Below, piece after piece: positions 49,065 through 58,709 of a stretch of DNA of 64,000 nt. The stretch lies in NCBI GenBank assembly GCA_965217585.1, contig OZ244561.1, positions 4,448,001 to 4,512,000 on the forward strand, given 5' to 3'. How positions within the stretch are numbered: position 1 is the stretch's first letter; every line of letters begins with the position of its first letter. The notes below the pieces were generated by a model that was given only the letters and a program-made list of their open reading frames with translations, ran no database searches and was not told the DNA's origin. The position numbers and the translations under genes are program-made. This DNA comes from Candidatus Latescibacterota bacterium (lineage in GTDB: Bacteria > Latescibacterota > UBA2968 > UBA8231).

Positions 49065-50746
49065 GGCATAAAATCTAAATCCGCCCCCAAGTTCGCCTGC
49101 AATACGCGCTCGGCGTACAGCCGCCGCCACCCACGGGCTGGCGTGGAAGGCGCGGTCCATTCGGCCCGCCGGCGGGCGAGGGTTTCCTCGGGGACTAGCA
49201 AATCTAAGCGCCCGGCTTCTACGTCCAACTCGATCAGGTCGCCGTCGCGGACGAGTGCCAACGGCCCGCCGACGGCCGCTTCTGGCGCTACGTGCAAAGC
49301 GACCGTTCCATAGGCCGTGCCGCTCATCCGCCCATCGGAGATGCGCACCATGTCTTCGACGCCTTGCGCGGCGAGGTTCTTGGGCAAGGGCATGGAGCCG
49401 GCTTCGGGCATCCCAAGGGCCACCGGCCCGGCTCCGCGCAGCACTAGCACGTGTTCCGGCGTAATGCCCAATGCGGGGTCATCTACGCGCGCGGCGTCGT
49501 CCGGCCCTTCGAACACGATGGCTGGCCCGCGATGCTTGTGCAGATGCGGGGACGAGGTGGCCTTTTTCATTACCGCTCCGTCTGGCGCGAGCGAGCCTTT
49601 TAGCACCACGAGGGACGACGCTGGCCCCAGCGGCGCGTCCAAGGTGCGGATCGCGGTTTGCCACGCGCCGGGTGCGGCCACGTCCTGCAAGAGTGCGCCG
49701 AGCGTTTGGCCGCTGACTCCTATTGCATCGACGTCGAGCATTGGCTCCAGGGTCTTGAGTAGGACGGGCACGCCGCCGGCCTTGTCGAAATCCTCCATGT
49801 ACCCGGTGCCCGCTGGCTTGCAATCGACCAGCAGCGGCACTTGTTGGGCCGCGGTGTGAAAGTCGTCTAATGACAGATCCACGCCAGCCCGGCGCGCAAT
49901 GGCGAGCAGATGCACGACTGCATTCGTCGAGCCGCTCAACGCGGCCAGCACCTTGAGTGCGTTGGCAAAGGCCGATGGCGTTAGTATGTCTCGCGCCGAG
50001 CGTCCCTCGGTGGCTAAGGCTACGGCCCGGCGACCTGTGGCGACTCCGAGCCGCAGACGCTGGCTTGAGACTGCGGGTGGGGTGGCCGTGCCCGGCAGCA
50101 TCAGTCCGAGGGTCTCTGCCACGCAGGCCATGGTTGAGGCCGTGCCCATGACCATGCAGGTCCCGGCCGTTGGGCACAGGCTCTGGCTGACAGCGGCGAT
50201 TTCTTCGGCGTCGAGCGCACCGGCTCGGTGTTGCGCCCAGTAGCGGCGGCAATCCGTGCATGCGCCCAACCGCTCGCCCCGCCAGTCTCCGGCCAGCATT
50301 GGCCCGGTGACGAGGTGGATGGCGGGCACGGACGCGGAAGCTGCGGCCATGAGTTGGGCTGGCAGGGTTTTGTCACAGCCGCCGAGCAGCACGACTGCGT
50401 CCATGGGCTGGGCGGTGATCATTTCCTCGGTCGCCATGGCCATGAGGTTGCGAAAGAGCATGGCGGTGGGGGAGAGGAGGATTTCGCCGAGGGAAAGGGT
50501 CGGAAAGACGAGGGGCAGCCCGCCCGCTTCTAACACGCCCCGTTTGACGGCTTCCACGAGCTGGGGCATGGCGCGATGGCAGGTGGTGTAGTCGGAAGAG
50601 GTGTCGGCGATGCCGACGACGGGGCGCTCTAAATCTGTCTCGTCGTAGCCAGCCGAAGCGAGAAAAGCGCGGCGTAAATAGCGGCTAAAACCTGGGTCGG
50701 CGTAGTGGGTTAGGTTGCGGTCGATGCCGGTGGCGGGGGAGGGCAT
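49061..50746 (-). CDS. IlvD/Edd family dehydratase (probably sugar-acid type)
   Basis: TTCH, GGCDKT, GTCMVMGTASTMAC, GSTNAVVHL, GMPEAG, SDGRMSGT, LHVAPEAAVGGPLA; start ATG 50746 behind AAAGGAA. Confidence 0.92.
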   Translation of the reverse strand: MPSPATGIDRNLTHYADPGFSRYLRRAFLASAGYDETDLERPVVGIADTSSDYTTCHRAMPQLVEAVKRGVLEAGGLPLVFPTLSLGEILLSPTAMLFRNLMAMATEEMITAQPMDAVVLLGGCDKTLPAQLMAAASASVPAIHLVTGPMLAGDWRGERLGACTDCRRYWAQHRAGALDAEEIAAVSQSLCPTAGTCMVMGTASTMACVAETLGLMLPGTATPPAVSSQRLRLGVATGRRAVALATEGRSARDILTPSAFANALKVLAALSGSTNAVVHLLAIARRAGVDLSLDDFHTAAQQVPLLVDCKPAGTGYMEDFDKAGGVPVLLKTLEPMLDVDAIGVSGQTLGALLQDVAAPGAWQTAIRTLDAPLGPASSLVVLKGSLAPDGAVMKKATSSPHLHKHRGPAIVFEGPDDAARVDDPALGITPEHVLVLRGAGPVALGMPEAGSMPLPKNLAAQGVEDMVRISDGRMSGTAYGTVALHVAPEAAVGGPLALVRDGDLIELDVEAGRLDLLVPEETLARRRAEWTAPSTPARGWRRLYAERVLQANLGADLDFMP

Positions 50747-50938
50747 GGGGTTCCTTTGGAGCAGGCTAAGGTATGGCTTGGGCTGGAGCCGATCAATATG
50801 AATTTCTGCAACCGGCTTCGCTGGCACTCACTATGTGGTCGCGGTCCTGGGGCGCTAGGACATCGTGGTAGCGCAGGAGAGGAGTTCGCGGAGCCGGTGC
50901 ATTAGCTACTGTCTATGCAGCCATCCTGCGAGGAGTCG

Positions 50939-52933
50939 TCATACGCTACTGTTATCTGGCTCTATTTCGCCGATGATCCGGTCGCCGTCGATGTCGACGC
51001 CGAGTAGTTCTTCGAGGTGCCACACGAGCCTTTGTTTGGATGTGAAGAAACGGTAGCCGCGTTCACCTAGGTATGCCTCGATCTCGGAGTCTGCGGAAAG
51101 CAGCAGCGCGACGGGTTCTGTGCGGCCTGGCTGGATACCTTGTGGCCATGCTATGTCTGCGACGACGAGCACTTCGCCGGTCTCGTCGTCGCAAATCTCA
51201 CAATGCGGTTCCGGTGCTGCGATGCTGAGATTGTCCGCAAGCGAAAGGACTGAGACGATGTCTTGGTCATCTTCATCGTCAAGGGACTGCGGCTGGTCGG
51301 AAGCCGCTGTGGGGGGTGGGGGGGTCGCAGGGGATACAGCGACGCGGGAGTGTGGAATCTGGCGACCGGCCCCTAGCGTGTCGAGCAGTTCGTTGGCTGA
51401 CGCGGCCAACAGGGTGCGCCGGGAGGCGAGAAAATCCAAGTATCGATCGATGGACCACAGCGCCTCGTCATCGGGTATCCATTGGGACTTGAGCACTCCT
51501 GGGTTACTCACCTCGGCCTCAGCGAGGTATACAGCCGGGTCTTCGTCGCTGATTTCTAGGTTGGATTTCGCCGTCAGTAAGCAGAAGTTGGCCAAGGCAT
51601 TGACCTGAGAGCGGTCGTAGCCATAGTCATAGAGCCGTTTCTTAGGGAAGATGTGGTGCACATGGAGTTTGCTGCGGTCCCCTAACATGCCGTGTGACAG
51701 GCGAATACCGTTGAGGATGTCCTGGGCTCCGTTGACTCGGGTCAATATGTAGAGCAGCGGATAGAAGCGCGCACCGATACTAGAACTGTCGAAATCATCG
51801 GGCCGTACCTCCAGGCTGCCGCGCCACTGGGCTATTTCGGCGATCAGGCCGTCTATGCCAGCTCTCTCCATGGCGTCGAGGTCTCGTTGGATGCGAGTTT
51901 CGGTCGAGCCGCTATAGCGGCCCCATAGGAAGCTGTGTACATACCAAAAAAGAATGCGTTGCTGGGCGTGGAGGTCGTCGATGGAGCCGCCGCTGTCGGA
52001 GACGAGCCGTGCCAACGTGGCAAAGGCGTAGGGTCCCGCTAGGACTCGGCTATGGTCAATGCCGAGGCGGTCTCCCAGCAGGTTCAGCAGGAAGTCGATG
52101 CTGTGCGCCGTGTTTTTCAGCGCTGCTGAGAACTCCAAGACAGATACGCCGCGCAACGCACTGAAGGAAGCCTGATTGGTCGCGACCGTCGTAGCACATC
52201 GCAGCAGCAACTCCTGTCTGAACGAGAAACCGGCTTGGGCCCAAACGTCCACCAGACGGCGCAACTCGTTGCGCGTCTGGGGCGAGTCGGCACATAGGCG
52301 AGCGAGGGCGAGATCTGCGGTGGAGAGTGTGGTTCCGCCGGAGTTGACCCGATTGAAGATCTCCACCACCTCGTCAACGGTTCGGCCGTCGCCGGTAATC
52401 TCTTCAATGTGGAGATCTATGTCGCCGATGCTACGTAGGTTCATGAGACGGGTCTGGTATTCGAGCAGGATCTCACGGTCGTCGGTGTAGTCTGCCACAT
52501 TCCTCACTACATCCGTCAGATTCGACTGGAAGAGATTGGTGACGGAGACCCATAGCGGATCGTCACGCATCTTGACAGGCCCATAGAACTCGAAAGTTTC
52601 GCTGCGGACATCGAAGTACAAGTCGGTGAAGGCTCCCGCGTTGCCTTGGAAGAACTCGGGCGGCTGGCCCCGCATTACCCCATACAGGGAGGTGGCCCGC
52701 TGCTGGCCGTCCAATAGCAGTTTGACTGCGGCGGCAGACTCAGACAAGCCGCCGCGTACCGTTTCTGGGTCGGGTCGGGTTGTCCACACTAGAAACCCTC
52801 CGACGGGATAGCGGCGATAGAGAGAGTCGAAGAAGCTACGGACGTCCTCGCGTCCCCACACATAGCCGCGCTGGAACTCCGGCAGAGCGAACTGCTCAAG
52901 CTCAATGTTGCTGAGAATGGCTGATATCTGCAT
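50939..52933 (-). CDS. GmrSD-like (DUF262 + DUF1524/HNH) putative modification-dependent restriction endonuclease with C-terminal extension
   Basis: LPEFQRGYVW, LLDGQQR, FNRVNSGGTTLS; HVHHIFP..NFCLLT..SN. Confidence 0.87.
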   Translation of the reverse strand: MQISAILSNIELEQFALPEFQRGYVWGREDVRSFFDSLYRRYPVGGFLVWTTRPDPETVRGGLSESAAAVKLLLDGQQRATSLYGVMRGQPPEFFQGNAGAFTDLYFDVRSETFEFYGPVKMRDDPLWVSVTNLFQSNLTDVVRNVADYTDDREILLEYQTRLMNLRSIGDIDLHIEEITGDGRTVDEVVEIFNRVNSGGTTLSTADLALARLCADSPQTRNELRRLVDVWAQAGFSFRQELLLRCATTVATNQASFSALRGVSVLEFSAALKNTAHSIDFLLNLLGDRLGIDHSRVLAGPYAFATLARLVSDSGGSIDDLHAQQRILFWYVHSFLWGRYSGSTETRIQRDLDAMERAGIDGLIAEIAQWRGSLEVRPDDFDSSSIGARFYPLLYILTRVNGAQDILNGIRLSHGMLGDRSKLHVHHIFPKKRLYDYGYDRSQVNALANFCLLTAKSNLEISDEDPAVYLAEAEVSNPGVLKSQWIPDDEALWSIDRYLDFLASRRTLLAASANELLDTLGAGRQIPHSRVAVSPATPPPPTAASDQPQSLDDEDDQDIVSVLSLADNLSIAAPEPHCEICDDETGEVLVVADIAWPQGIQPGRTEPVALLLSADSEIEAYLGERGYRFFTSKQRLVWHLEELLGVDIDGDRIIGEIEPDNSSV

Positions 52934-53097
52934 ACCTGCTCCTCTACATGGATAAAGAAAGTGCGGTTATAGGAATAGATCGCATCTCTGGTGCATGTGC
53001 CCGCCTTCATCGGCGAATGCATTACCGTCCGTCCCCCACGAGCCCCTCGACTGGCGGAGGCTCTTCACGGCATGTATGACACCCACAACTAGCCGAT

Positions 53098-54381
53098 TCA
53101 AGCGCACATGTCAGAATCTGGCACCGGCAGAGACCACAGACCCGGATCTGCGTCGATCAATTGCTGGACCGCTTGTGCCTTTTTCAGGCTGCCCGCCGCG
53201 ACGAGCGTCCACAGCCTGTACAGGTCTGTCGCCAAGACATGGACGGCCCCGATATTCGAGGCGGCTTCGCCTACATTGTTGCTAAGGGCAGGCCGAGACG
53301 ATGGGTCTATGATCCGGTGCGTGTTGGCGATCCACAGCGTTAGATCGGGAGCGCTGCCTTCCTCACCGATGTAACGCTCGCGGTACTCTCGGATCTGGCG
53401 GGCGTCGTTAGTTCTGGTGCCTTTAGTGTAGCCCTTGACTTCGGCGATGGCCTCCCATTCGGGACGGTCGACGAGCGTGAGGCGCAGATCTTCGCGCTTT
53501 GGTTTTCCCTGCTTCTGCTCAGCGTCCATGTGGCGCACGACGAACCCGAGTTCCTCAAGAATGTCCCCGACGGACGTGACTAGATCGTCGCCGTCAGCCC
53601 AGATACATCGTCGTATCCCAGCATCGGCTTTCTCACTCGCGGTAGCTAGTTCGCCCTGGGTTTGTTCCTGCTCGGCTTTGAGTTGCTCAACTTCGTCTGC
53701 GATCTTCTCGATCCGCTCCGCCAGCGCTCTCTCTTCTGGGGTGTACCAGTCCGATGGATTCCCTAAGCGGGGCGGGGCCTGTGGAACTCTGTCCGGATCG
53801 AGCTTGTGGATGTCGGCGAGGAAGGCCCGGAACCACGCCGAGAGGCTGACCTTTCTCGGAAGCGCTAGAGCGATGGCATCCCTGCCCTCGGATGCTTCCG
53901 CGTCATTCGTGAAGACGTATCGCATAGCGACCGGCCAGCCCGACGTCGTCTCGACTAGGTTGCTTACGCTGTTCTTTAGGAATTGCTGGAAACAGAGCAT
54001 CGGGGGCGGATCTTCGGCGCGGCCCAACTGTCTGGCCAAATTTGTAGCGAGAGGCCTGTACCACTCTGGGCAAGCCTTGGGAACTCGCATCTCGCGCTCG
54101 GTGTTGCTTTGTATCCACAGGGGACGCTTGCTAGACTTGGCATGTCCTATCCAAGTGACATTCGAAGGCTCGATCGTTAGTACATTTCCTCTGACAGTGA
54201 CGGAATTACAGCCGTCTCCCAAGATGGTTATGTCTGTCTCAGTCCAGTTGTAGTTATCGAGGTATCCCCCCAATGAGTCTGCTGTCCTCAGGGTTCCGCA
54301 TAGCGGTTTTATCGACTTGATCTGAGGTTCGTCTAGCCCGATAGCGGCGACCCTTGGCCGTGTGGTCGTGTTCTGCGTCAT
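53098..54381 (-). CDS. Hypothetical protein with coiled coil and C-terminal PD-(D/E)XK-like nuclease domain
   Basis: Coiled coil ERIEKIADEVEQLKAEQEQ; LEELGF...REDLRL...IAEVKG restriction-like motif. Confidence 0.7.
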   Translation of the reverse strand: MTQNTTTRPRVAAIGLDEPQIKSIKPLCGTLRTADSLGGYLDNYNWTETDITILGDGCNSVTVRGNVLTIEPSNVTWIGHAKSSKRPLWIQSNTEREMRVPKACPEWYRPLATNLARQLGRAEDPPPMLCFQQFLKNSVSNLVETTSGWPVAMRYVFTNDAEASEGRDAIALALPRKVSLSAWFRAFLADIHKLDPDRVPQAPPRLGNPSDWYTPEERALAERIEKIADEVEQLKAEQEQTQGELATASEKADAGIRRCIWADGDDLVTSVGDILEELGFVVRHMDAEQKQGKPKREDLRLTLVDRPEWEAIAEVKGYTKGTRTNDARQIREYRERYIGEEGSAPDLTLWIANTHRIIDPSSRPALSNNVGEAASNIGAVHVLATDLYRLWTLVAAGSLKKAQAVQQLIDADPGLWSLPVPDSDMCA

Positions 54382-54439
54382 GCACTATCCCCGGTGTTTT
54401 AACCTGTCGATGTTTCCTATCCCAAGCTTCTTACGGCAA

Positions 54440-55159
54440 TTAGCTTCCAAGCTGCGCCGCAAGGTCGTGGAAATCTTGCGCAATTATGTCAAAGTCTCCG
54501 TCTTGCGCTGTGTCTGCCTCGCCTTCCGGTCCCCATTCAAGAGGACGTGGAATGAAGGCCGTTCTGAATCCAACGGCTCTAGCCCCCTCTAAGTCGTGGC
54601 GATGCGCCGCGACCATCAGGATTGAAGGCGGCTCCAAATCGAGAAGATGCGCCGCCGTCTCGTACACTTCTCTGTCCGGCTTGTAATGCCGCGCAAGCTC
54701 TGCTGACAAGATACAGTCCCACGGAATACCGGCGTGCTTCGCCATGTTGGTCAGTAACGACACGTTGCCATTGGAAAGCGCCGCAACGATGTATTTGGAC
54801 TTCAACCGCAACATACCGCCGACCACATCGGGCCACGGATCCAGTCGGTGCCAAACGCGATTGAAATAACTTCGCTCGTCCTCGGACAACGCAGGAATCG
54901 AGAAGTCTTCCAGAATGTCATCGAGAATCATTCTGTGCAGCGCGTCTATTTTCGTCCAAGGCAATTCGCCGCGCCGCACGCGCCCCATAGCGGGTTCATA
55001 GCCGCTGCGCCAAGCCGTGGCAAAGCGCGCCCAGTCCACGTTAATCCCCTTATCGGAGCCTAATCGTTCACCTTCCCGCACAATGGTAGAGTACCAGTCG
55101 GTGACCGTGCCAAAGACATCGACAGTCAGCGCCTTAATAGATGTTTTCCAGGATTCCAT
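54440..55159 (-). CDS. Haloacid dehalogenase type II (HAD family)
   Basis: DVFGTVTDW, LSNGN, YKPDREVY, MVAAH..DL.GA. Confidence 0.9.
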   Translation of the reverse strand: MESWKTSIKALTVDVFGTVTDWYSTIVREGERLGSDKGINVDWARFATAWRSGYEPAMGRVRRGELPWTKIDALHRMILDDILEDFSIPALSEDERSYFNRVWHRLDPWPDVVGGMLRLKSKYIVAALSNGNVSLLTNMAKHAGIPWDCILSAELARHYKPDREVYETAAHLLDLEPPSILMVAAHRHDLEGARAVGFRTAFIPRPLEWGPEGEADTAQDGDFDIIAQDFHDLAAQLGS

Positions 55160-55400
55160 TCTTTTAGTCGTTTCAAAGCTAGCGCGACGCGCTTGGTGAA
55201 CTGTCGGGCTTTGCGCAGTTCGCGCAGGGTCATCTCCTCGGCAATGAGCTCTATCGCCCGATCCTCAACTTTGCGTCGCCGAGCGGGATCAAGCGTCGCA
55301 ATCTTGTCTTCCACGTTCAAAGCCATCATTAATCTCTTTCCTTCGCGAGCCAAGCCAAGTGCCGGTCGAACCGCTCCGTCGGCGATGACTGATAAACTCG
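55126..55400 (-). pseudogene. Remnant of a type II toxin-antitoxin pair (RelE/HigB-like toxin tail and truncated XRE antitoxin)
   Basis: RFDRHLAWLAKERD* with TAATG overlap into MMALNVEDKIATLDPARRRKVEDRAIELIAEEMTLRELRKARQFT, which breaks down at the start of the HTH. Confidence 0.7.
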
Positions 55401-55424
55401 GCCGGCCGGGAAATATAGATTTTT

Positions 55425-56258
55425 CTATTCCTGGATCGTCTGGACAATGCGGAATCCGAGGTTGTTGTTACGAAAATATGTGGCGTACCAGAAGCGGTTG
55501 GCCGAGCGGACGTAACTCGGCTTGCCGTACCAGGAGCCGCCGCGTATCGCACGACGAACACAATCTCCTTGCTCCCAAGCCTGCCCGTCGCTCGGTGCGC
55601 CAGCGTAACTGACATGCCAGCAGTCCTGCACCCATTCCCGGACATTCCCGGACATGTCGAATAAGCCCAACTCATTCGCTTGCTTTTGCCCTACTGGATG
55701 CGTCCTATTGTCGGTGTTCTCGTAGTACCAAGCGACCGCGGCCCAGTCGTTACTCCCCGCATACTGGAACCCCTGGCTTTGCTGCCCGCCCCGTGAGGCA
55801 TATTCCCACTCCGCTTCGCTCGGCAGTCGATACTGTCCTCCTCCCACATTTAGTTTGTCCAGAAACGCCTGGATGTCATCCCAACTGACTGTTTCAACCG
55901 GACACTGAGGGCAATCCCCAAACGCACTCGGGTTTTCACCCATTACCGCTTCCCACAGTTCCTGAGTCACCTCATACTTGCCAATCTCGAAGCTGCCGAT
56001 TTGCACGCGGTGCGTCGGCTTTTCGTCGTCACCACAATTCTCTTGTTCGGGCGTACACCCCATGGTGAACGACCCGCCCTCGACGCGCACCATCTGCGCG
56101 TTCACCATCCGCAGTGCCTTTTGCCGGTCTCCGCCCTCCATGGCCTTAGTCTCCTTGTCGGCGAGCGTATCGGGCGGCAGATCTTCCGCCATGGCCGGGC
56201 CGGATAGGAAAAGGATGGGTAGGAAAGTCAGGATTGTCTTCATTGGTATTGACTCCAT
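55425..56258 (-). CDS. Secreted FGE-sulfatase (SUMF1-like) domain protein, probably non-catalytic
   Basis: MVRVEGGSFTMG, YEVTQ, RLPSEAEWEYA, NELGLFDMSGNVREW, RGGSW, LGFR; signal peptide (start may be 56243). Confidence 0.88.
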   Translation of the reverse strand: MESIPMKTILTFLPILFLSGPAMAEDLPPDTLADKETKAMEGGDRQKALRMVNAQMVRVEGGSFTMGCTPEQENCGDDEKPTHRVQIGSFEIGKYEVTQELWEAVMGENPSAFGDCPQCPVETVSWDDIQAFLDKLNVGGGQYRLPSEAEWEYASRGGQQSQGFQYAGSNDWAAVAWYYENTDNRTHPVGQKQANELGLFDMSGNVREWVQDCWHVSYAGAPSDGQAWEQGDCVRRAIRGGSWYGKPSYVRSANRFWYATYFRNNNLGFRIVQTIQE

Positions 56259-56263
56259 TGTTG

Positions 56264-58462
56264 TTATTGCTCCGCTCCCGATTCAGTTTGGAGACGCCCG
56301 GCGAGGAGGTATCGATACAGCTTGAGAGTAAGCCGCTCTTCGTTCTGCTCCAGCCAGCCCCGGGCGGCTGGCGTCAGCACCATCGTTCGGCAGGGCCTGT
56401 CCGCGACCACAGAGGCCGCTTGCTCGTCTAACGCGCTCGCTGGCCATATCGCATCGCCAGGGCCGCACTGAAAAAGGCGAGTGCCCGCCGAATCGTACCC
56501 GGAAGCCCGGCCAGAGAGCAGCAGTTGCAGACCGTCCTGTGGAGCGTCCTGTCCCACGAGGGCCTCGTCGGTGGAGTACTCGCGGGGCTTCAGCCAGTGC
56601 CGAAGTTCCTCCACCAATTCCTCGAAGTGAATTTGCCGTTCCAAGTAGCGCTCGAGGTCATCGGCGGTGTGCTCCAGCAGCGAGGCGCGCCGCTCGTCTG
56701 CCCTGTCCACGTCCGCCTTCCACCCCGCAATGACGATTTCCTCGCAGTGCTCAAGGGCGCGGTCCACATCCGGCTCCATCAGCAACTCGGCATATACGGC
56801 AGGCGGCAGGTTGTGCTCAAGCCCGGCCCTCAACCCCTCGGACAATGCGCTCAAAACTACCCGCACGCCGGCCGCGTTCGCCGTCTGCAGAAACCTGCTC
56901 AGGACGTTCACTGCCGAGAAGTCGAAGCCGGAAACGGCGGCAAAGTCTAGCAACAGGCAGAGGGGACGCGAAGCGCCGCTCAGAGACTGCCTGAGATGAT
57001 CGGCGAGGGGGGACACACTGCCAAAAAAGATGTAGCCGCGCAGCCGGTATACCTGCACCCGCTCTCCCTCCTTCAGCAGGATGGCGCGATCGGGGACGGG
57101 CCGGGTCTTGTTGCTCTCGCGCTCGCGCGCGGTGAATTGCGATTCGATCGGATCCACACGGCTGAGGCGCACGGCGAAGAACACGAGGGTGGCGAGCATC
57201 CCGACGCCCACGCCCTCAATCATTCCAAAGGAGGTGATCGCAATGAAGATCAGCAGAATGATGCCGTACTCCGACCAAGGGAGCCGCCTGCGACTTGTCA
57301 CAAGACCTTGGTCCAGCATGCCGAAACCGGCAAAGACCAGGATGCCTCCTACGAGCGGCGCCGGGACGAGTTCTAGCATCCCGTCGCCGAGGAACAATGC
57401 GCCCCCGATGACAAGGGCGGCGACTACCCCGGTCAATCTTGTTGTGGCCCCGAACAGCTTGCTGCGCAGGGACGCCGGCACGACAAGGGTCGCTACCGTG
57501 CCGCCGCCCAAACCAGCGATCATGCTCGCGACTCCTGTTACCCGGAACTCCCGGTCCCAGTCCAACTCCTGATTCGCAGCCAACTCAAGGCCGGCGAAAT
57601 TCATGATCACGCTGATAAAAGCGACCAGAATCAGCGTCAGCATGTGGGGGACCTGAGCGGCCATCGCGGCCCATTCGACATGCAGCAGGTCGGCAGGAAG
57701 CAGGGCCGGCCACAGGCTCCCATCCGCCGTGCTCGTCAGTAGCAGGCCCTCCGCCCTAGCCTCTGCACCCGAAATGCCGAGGGCGGCGAGCGCGAGATGA
57801 TACCCACCACCAGCAAGTGCGACGCTTACCAGCAGGATCAGCGGGTTGCCCCAGCGTTTCATCGCGAGGTACAGGGCGATCCCATACACCGCGCCCGGGC
57901 TCCACTTCCACAAAACGGGAGGCTCCAGCAGTGCGGGAATCGCCCGCCAATCCGGTTTGGCTCCCATCAGCGACATGGCTGCCAGGCACACGGCTCCCCC
58001 AATTCCAGCTACGAATCCACCCGTCACCGGATAGGGAATGAAACGCATCAGATTGGCGAGTCGGAAGTGTCCGATCATGAGACAGCACACGCCAGTGGCC
58101 ACTGCGCTGATGATGAGCGCGCTCGCCGTGGTGACGAACAGCGCGTCGCCTGCGGCATCCATCGTGGAGCCGATCGTGGCCATCACGATCACCAGCGCGG
58201 GAGATAGCCCCGCAATCGCTCCTCGGTAGCTGCCCGCGAGAGCGATGACTAGGCACGCCGCAAAGTTTCCGAACAGCACTAGGCCGACGCCCTGGGAGGA
58301 ATAGGGAGCCAACGGTCCCGAGAATATGAAGCTCCCGAAGGCAACTTGGGCGACGAGCAGACCTAGGCCCGAGGTGAAGCCGGCTGACAGCGCTGGAACG
58401 GCCTTTGCGGACAGGAGGTCGGCGCGAAGTTCGGACGTAAGATTTTGGAGTAAGGATCTCAC
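56264..58462 (-). CDS. SulP family anion transporter with STAS and cNMP-binding domains
   Basis: MRFIPYPVTGGFVAGIG, DWDREF, RLRGYIFFGS, DFAAVSGFDFSA; C-terminal cNMP-like GPGD..A. Confidence 0.9.
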   Translation of the reverse strand: MRSLLQNLTSELRADLLSAKAVPALSAGFTSGLGLLVAQVAFGSFIFSGPLAPYSSQGVGLVLFGNFAACLVIALAGSYRGAIAGLSPALVIVMATIGSTMDAAGDALFVTTASALIISAVATGVCCLMIGHFRLANLMRFIPYPVTGGFVAGIGGAVCLAAMSLMGAKPDWRAIPALLEPPVLWKWSPGAVYGIALYLAMKRWGNPLILLVSVALAGGGYHLALAALGISGAEARAEGLLLTSTADGSLWPALLPADLLHVEWAAMAAQVPHMLTLILVAFISVIMNFAGLELAANQELDWDREFRVTGVASMIAGLGGGTVATLVVPASLRSKLFGATTRLTGVVAALVIGGALFLGDGMLELVPAPLVGGILVFAGFGMLDQGLVTSRRRLPWSEYGIILLIFIAITSFGMIEGVGVGMLATLVFFAVRLSRVDPIESQFTARERESNKTRPVPDRAILLKEGERVQVYRLRGYIFFGSVSPLADHLRQSLSGASRPLCLLLDFAAVSGFDFSAVNVLSRFLQTANAAGVRVVLSALSEGLRAGLEHNLPPAVYAELLMEPDVDRALEHCEEIVIAGWKADVDRADERRASLLEHTADDLERYLERQIHFEELVEELRHWLKPREYSTDEALVGQDAPQDGLQLLLSGRASGYDSAGTRLFQCGPGDAIWPASALDEQAASVVADRPCRTMVLTPAARGWLEQNEERLTLKLYRYLLAGRLQTESGAEQ

Positions 58463-58709
58463 TTTGCTAGGTCGGAGAAACTGATTTGATGCACCGCGAT
58501 TACCTCCCCTTTTTGTTTTTTTATAGTAATCAGGTGCCGTTAAAGAAAAAGCTTGTCAGGATTAGTAAAATAAAGACCCTTTTTTAGATTCTCTGTCAAG
58601 GCGATGGACTGTTCGCACAGTCGTCCTGCCTTGCCCCAGTCCAACGGCTTAGCTATTCTCATCTCCTCCCCGCTCGTCTTCGCCATACACTGCTTCAGGA
58701 AATTGGGCC

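Noticed and set aside
49061-50746. Biosynthetic ilvD symbol
   Set aside because: Family is clear, but the sequence (GACTDCRRYW, GMPEAG, MSGTAYG) resembles sugar-acid dehydratases, so no symbol was given.
55425-56258. True formylglycine-generating enzyme activating the sulfatase, or a DGR target
   Set aside because: Lacks the catalytic Cys pair after RGGS (reads RGGSWYGKPSYVRS); no second copy of its 3' end or RT seen.
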